Positions 59,501 through 64,000 of a DNA stretch of 64,000 bases are shown one piece after another. Within the stretch, counting starts at the first letter, position 1, and every line of letters begins with the position of its first letter. This DNA comes from the human T2T-CHM13v2.0 reference genome, Homo sapiens. Position numbers and translations under genes: made by a program. The stretch lies in assembly GCF_009914755.1 (NCBI RefSeq), contig NC_060934.1, one strand, 5' to 3'. The notes under the pieces are model-generated. The model was not told where the DNA came from and searched no databases. It saw only the letters and a program-made list of their open reading frames with translations.

Positions 59501-60515
59501 GAGCCATCAACAAGAATTTGTGCATTACAGCACTTTTTTTTTCCCCCAACCGAAACCATACCATGGGCAGCAAGGTTCTCAGGTCCTCTTAATTATCAGT
59601 CCTGAAGGATAAGGCCAAGACTTCTCCCTGGAATTTGTTTAATAAGTTTTGTTTTATTTTGTAAGTTTATACTTAAATTTTAAGTGTATGAATTCACAAA
59701 TAGCTAATTCTATGTTTAGTTTGGCGAGTAGCTTTGCTAAGAAATCTAGTCAAGTTTCTCTGTGTTTCTTTCTACGCTTCTCTGTTTTTCATTTTCTTTT
59801 TCTCTTTTAAAGCATTATATCAGTAAAGCTCATATTTCATGGAACATGACACAGACAGGATTGCTTCTTAACAAAAATGGATTGGCATGGGCTATCAGTA
59901 AAGCTTCTTTCAAGACTGAATTTGAGCAGAGCTCATCAGATAATCTGAAGATCACAGAAGGCTAATCACAGAGTTAGAAAGCTCTTCATTCCATATCTTC
60001 ATTTCCCATCCACCTATGTTTCCAAAAGCCAAAACCAATGTATGTGTTTTCAATTTTAGTGGCAGAGTGGACTCCTTTGATTTGGGTTGAGCCTCCTCGC
60101 CTGCTGAGTGTTATTTCACTTTCTGTGGTCAGAAAAAGACAGAAGACAAACTGAAGTTTTTACCTCTCAGCAGTCCTGAATACAGCCGGTTCCACAGAGG
60201 CTGAAGGGTTGAGATGAGGGATTTCTCTTGAGAGTCAGGCATCTTTACCTGCATTTTTTGTTCCCATACCTCTTTGTTATCAGATGGATGCCCTCTCAGT
60301 CTAAGGACTGAGGACTTAGCCCTCTAAGAAACTTCTGAGACCCTAGGGAGATTGTCTGAAAGGATATGCTCTGAGCAGCTTTTTCCCAACAACATGTGGA
60401 ATGAGAGGTGGGTCCACGGACTATGCACTTCTTCTGCCAGCCAGATGCACAGTGGAACTGCGGTGGAAGCTGCCTGCAAAGACTGGCTTTTCCTTTAGTC
60501 TTACTCATAGAGAGT

Positions 60516-60662
60516 TCTTTTCTTTTCTCTCTTTCTCTTTCTTTCTTCTTTCTTTTTCTCTCTCTCTTCCCTCTTTTCTTCCCCTCCCATTTCCCTTCCC
60601 TTCCCTTTTCTCTTCCTTTCCCTTTCCTTCCTTTCCTTCCCTTCCCCGCCCCTTCCCTTCCC
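60516..60662. repeat. CT-rich simple repeat (expanded tail of the FAM)
   Basis: near-pure pyrimidine tract. Confidence 0.92.
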
Positions 60663-60800
60663 CAGCCTCACTATTTTGCCCAGGCTGGGGTGCAGTGGTT
60701 ATTCACTTGCTTGATCATAGTGCATCACAGCCTTGAACTCCGGACTTCAGGCAATCCTCTGGCATGGCTGGGACTAAAGGCATGTGCCACTGTGCCAGGC
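60663..60800 (-). mobile_element. FAM (fossil Alu monomer)
   Basis: gtgcagtggttattcacttgcttgatcatagtgcatcacagccttgaactcc retains the 7SL-derived ctattcac insert. Confidence 0.8.
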
Positions 60801-61079
60801 TTAGAAGTTTATTTCTGAAACAAGCAGTGCTGAGGTGACAGCGGATAGAATGGAAGTGGGCTAGTGAGTGGAGGAGAGATGCTTATAAATGTAGTTCCTC
60901 TGGTGTGAAGAACTGTAGATCTGAAATGTGTAAAGTTATTGTCACCAGTTTTAGTCACACCTATTGCAGAGAAATGACATTTTCGGAGGGTTTAAAGAAT
61001 AATTTGATGGGATTTAGAGCAGAGAAAAATTCATGTCATCTTGTTCATTCTGCCACTGCTCAGAAGTCAGGTAGCTGCA

Positions 61080-61270
61080 ATAGCTAAGAGTTTTGTTAGT
61101 TTGCCATGTGCCAGATACTGTTCTATGTATTTCTCCTGAAATAATTCATTTAATCCCCCTAAAACCTTTTAAAGTGGGTGTTACTATTATAACTACTTTT
61201 ACAGATGAGAAAACTGAGTGAGACAGAGTTTGAGTAATCACTGAGCTTGGTAATCAGAGGCAAACATGGC
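61080..61270 (-). mobile_element. MIR SINE
   Basis: tgtgccagatactgttcta...ttttacagatgagaaaactgag. Confidence 0.85.
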
Positions 61271-61517
61271 TTAACAATTTAGCAAACAGGAAAAATCGTT
61301 CTAGCATGGTCTTAAAATGCTGGGAACTTGCTTATAACTGTAGAAAATAGGCTGAAGAGGCATGCGAAGCAATAATATCCCTGACTGAGAAGATACTCGC
61401 TGAACCTTCCTTCAGTACCTGGAACATTGCTGTGTTTCTCACATCCAGAACCAGAGTGTGCATGTCTTGCGTATGTGTGTGTGAGTGCCTGGGTGTGTCT
61501 TGTTTGTTTAAATTTAT

Positions 61518-61930
<413 letters not shown>

Positions 61931-61944
61931 TAGGATGTATTGAG

Positions 61945-62080
61945 GATTGATTTATTGATTGATTCAGTACATATTGATTAAATGCTTACTATTTTGCAGA
62001 CTCTGCACGAAGCAATGAGGACACAACAGAGAATAAGACACACATGATCTTTGCTCTCACAATGTTCACAGTCTAGCTTG
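61945..62080 (-). mobile_element. L2 3' end
   Basis: ttgattcagtacatattgattaaatgcttacta...tgctctcacaatgttcacagtctag. Confidence 0.75.
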
Positions 62081-62372
62081 CTAAACTAATGACTGTACCT
62101 GCTACATTATTGAGACAAAATTCAGCATTAGAGCACCCAGAGAAAGAGTAACTGAGCAAGGCAGGACTGAAGGAGAACACAGCCCTTTGGGGAAGCCACT
62201 CCCACTGCCCCAGAAATCAGGACAAGGGTCTAGTCTGAGTCTAGTCCTTGTCTAAAGTGTTATTTCTCAGTATTTCCTTCTCTTTCTTCTTAAGTAGAAT
62301 GAACAAGATGCAAGTAGCCCTTAATTAGCCCAGCTAATGAAATCCCCTAAAAGCTCCATGATGCGATGATGT

Positions 62373-62422
62373 GGGGGGTGTGTGTGTGTTGGGGGGGAGG
62401 AGGGGGAAAGGGGTGTGCAGGG
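62373..62422 (+). other. Potential G-quadruplex
   Basis: G6-(TG)n-G7-agga-G5-aaa-G4-tgtgca-G3 fits G3+N1-7. Confidence 0.65.
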
Positions 62423-62863
62423 CTTTACAGTTCCCTGGCTTGTCCAGGTAGCTGGTCCAGTATCCTGCCACTTCTTTGATCATAGGCTTTGTCCTAAGCT
62501 GTAGCCGTTTACTTGTAGGGATGCAGATGTGAGGCTTTTTATTGTTTTCTGTCCATCCTCCACTGAAATACAATTAAAAGGGCAACCAAGGATCCTGAAT
62601 AAATTGTGCTAGGGTTGAGGGGAGAGAAAGCAGAGGGGGCGCTTTGTCGGTGGATTAGCTTGTTTACGACAGAGCTAAAAACATTTTGTTTCAAGCTGAG
62701 TGTTATGCATTTGTCAATAAAACCGGGCTTGGAAAGGGCAAAAATCAGCCTGCTTGTCACAAAGTCCCTGAATGCTTAAGAATCCAGCCCCAGCAGAGGG
62801 GCTTGCAAATGTCGGTACTCATCCCAATAACACTCCTGCTCTGGCCACTCAGTGGGAAGGAGA

Positions 62864-63268
62864 TGTATAAAGCTTTGCTGCAGCAGACCCCGAGATGATG
62901 ACTTGAATTCAAGTAGTTATCCCAGAATGCACCGGTACGCGAGTGAGGAAATAGATAAGGAACGAAGTCAATACAGGCTGTGTTAATGAGCAGGTTGCAT
63001 CTATAGGCAACCAGGTCTCAGTCTGGCTGGGGATCTCTGGGGGACAGCGTGGAACATGCCTCAAAGTTGTCCCACTGAAGAAAACAGGGAGCTCCAGTAG
63101 ATATCTACCAAATTCCATTTGTTATTGGCACAGGGTTTTGCCTAGGGGTTCAGATTCCCCAGAACTCTTTTGCATGCAGAGAAAGCTTTGCAACAGAATA
63201 GGGCAGTGCTTGTGGAATAGAACACTGGTGTGTACTGAGGGTATAGGGGGAACACCGCCCTTGCTACA
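62864..63268 (-). mobile_element. LTR16C-like ERVL LTR
   Basis: gcagaccccgagatg...tctctgggggacagcgtggaacatgcctcaaagttgtcccac...ttgctaca. Confidence 0.75.
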
Positions 63269-63560
63269 AGTGTGAGCCCTCAAGGCAGGAGAAGAAGGAG
63301 CTGATGATCTCATCAGAATTTGGACTGTATCACCCTTTTAGAGTTGCAAGGACCCTGAACCAGTCCTCTGAAAGTGGCTGCTGGGAAAGCCACGGCAAAG
63401 AAAAGCAGGATGCACTTAGGGAGCCTGAGAATCTGGCCCCAGAACTGGAGGAAGTCCAAATCCAGATCTCCTGGAGAGCAAGGAATGCACACCCTCTGTA
63501 TGAGAGATTTCAATTAATAGGCCATGGACCTCAGCTTACTAGAGTTGCATTTTATGTGGC

Positions 63561-63603
63561 AGAGAGAGAGAGAGAAAAAGAGAGAGAGAGAGAAAGAGAG
63601 AAA
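63561..63603 (+). repeat. (GA)n microsatellite
   Basis: visible directly. Confidence 0.9.
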
Positions 63604-64000
63604 GTATGTGAGTAAATAAATTACTTGCAATGTATACAAATCTACATTATTCATATAAAAATCTAGATTTCTAGCTTCTGTTTTAAAAAATCTGATGATA
63701 ATGCAGAGACTGCCTTTACACGTGACTGCATTACCTGGGAGGTAAGTAGCAAATTCCCTTATGGATGGGACATGGACTTCCTTTGGGCACAGCCCCATCA
63801 CTCCCTAAATTCTTCCCCTGCCACTGAGACTGTCAGTTGTATTTACCAGAGTGCTTTTGCTTTTGCTTTTCTTATATTCTGCTTCACTCATTTACATTCC
63901 CTGCCTAACTGTTGTCAACCTCTGCATGGGTAGCCCCTGATTTATGGAAACTTCTCCCTTCATAACCACACTCCAAGGGCCACTAGTGGACAACCAGTTT

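Noticed and set aside
62866-62871. TATAAA as a core promoter
   Set aside because: It sits at the degenerate terminus of an antisense LTR16C-like element and has no other support
63979-63995. CTCF-like ggccactagtggaca
   Set aside because: Mismatches at core positions; not supportable without a PWM scan or ChIP data

Overview
Primate (most likely human or great-ape) non-coding DNA: AluY, a full-length L1PA4/5-type LINE and MLT2A2 are present. I find no supportable host protein-coding gene, RNA gene or CRISPR array. Roughly two thirds of the window is interspersed repeat: Tigger1, hAT-Charlie/MER5, MIR, L2, old L1M fragments, MaLR/ERV1/ERVL solo LTRs, nine Alus and a FAM. Repeat subfamily names come from recalled consensus sequences and need RepeatMasker/Dfam confirmation. 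The most unusual structures are: (1) an 815/816-bp direct repeat 2.6 kb apart with a sharp step in divergence (about 10% to about 2%), suggesting gene conversion; (2) an isolated perfect 32-bp duplication 2.45 kb apart that looks like a templated insertion; (3) an L1PA with dead ORF1/ORF2 but an open, 149-codon antisense ORF0; (4) two twin-primed 5'-inverted L1 insertions; (5) a repeat-free G4/FOX/CDX-HOX/HNF4 motif cluster near 62.4-62.8 kb. I cannot support a genuinely new biological system from sequence alone.
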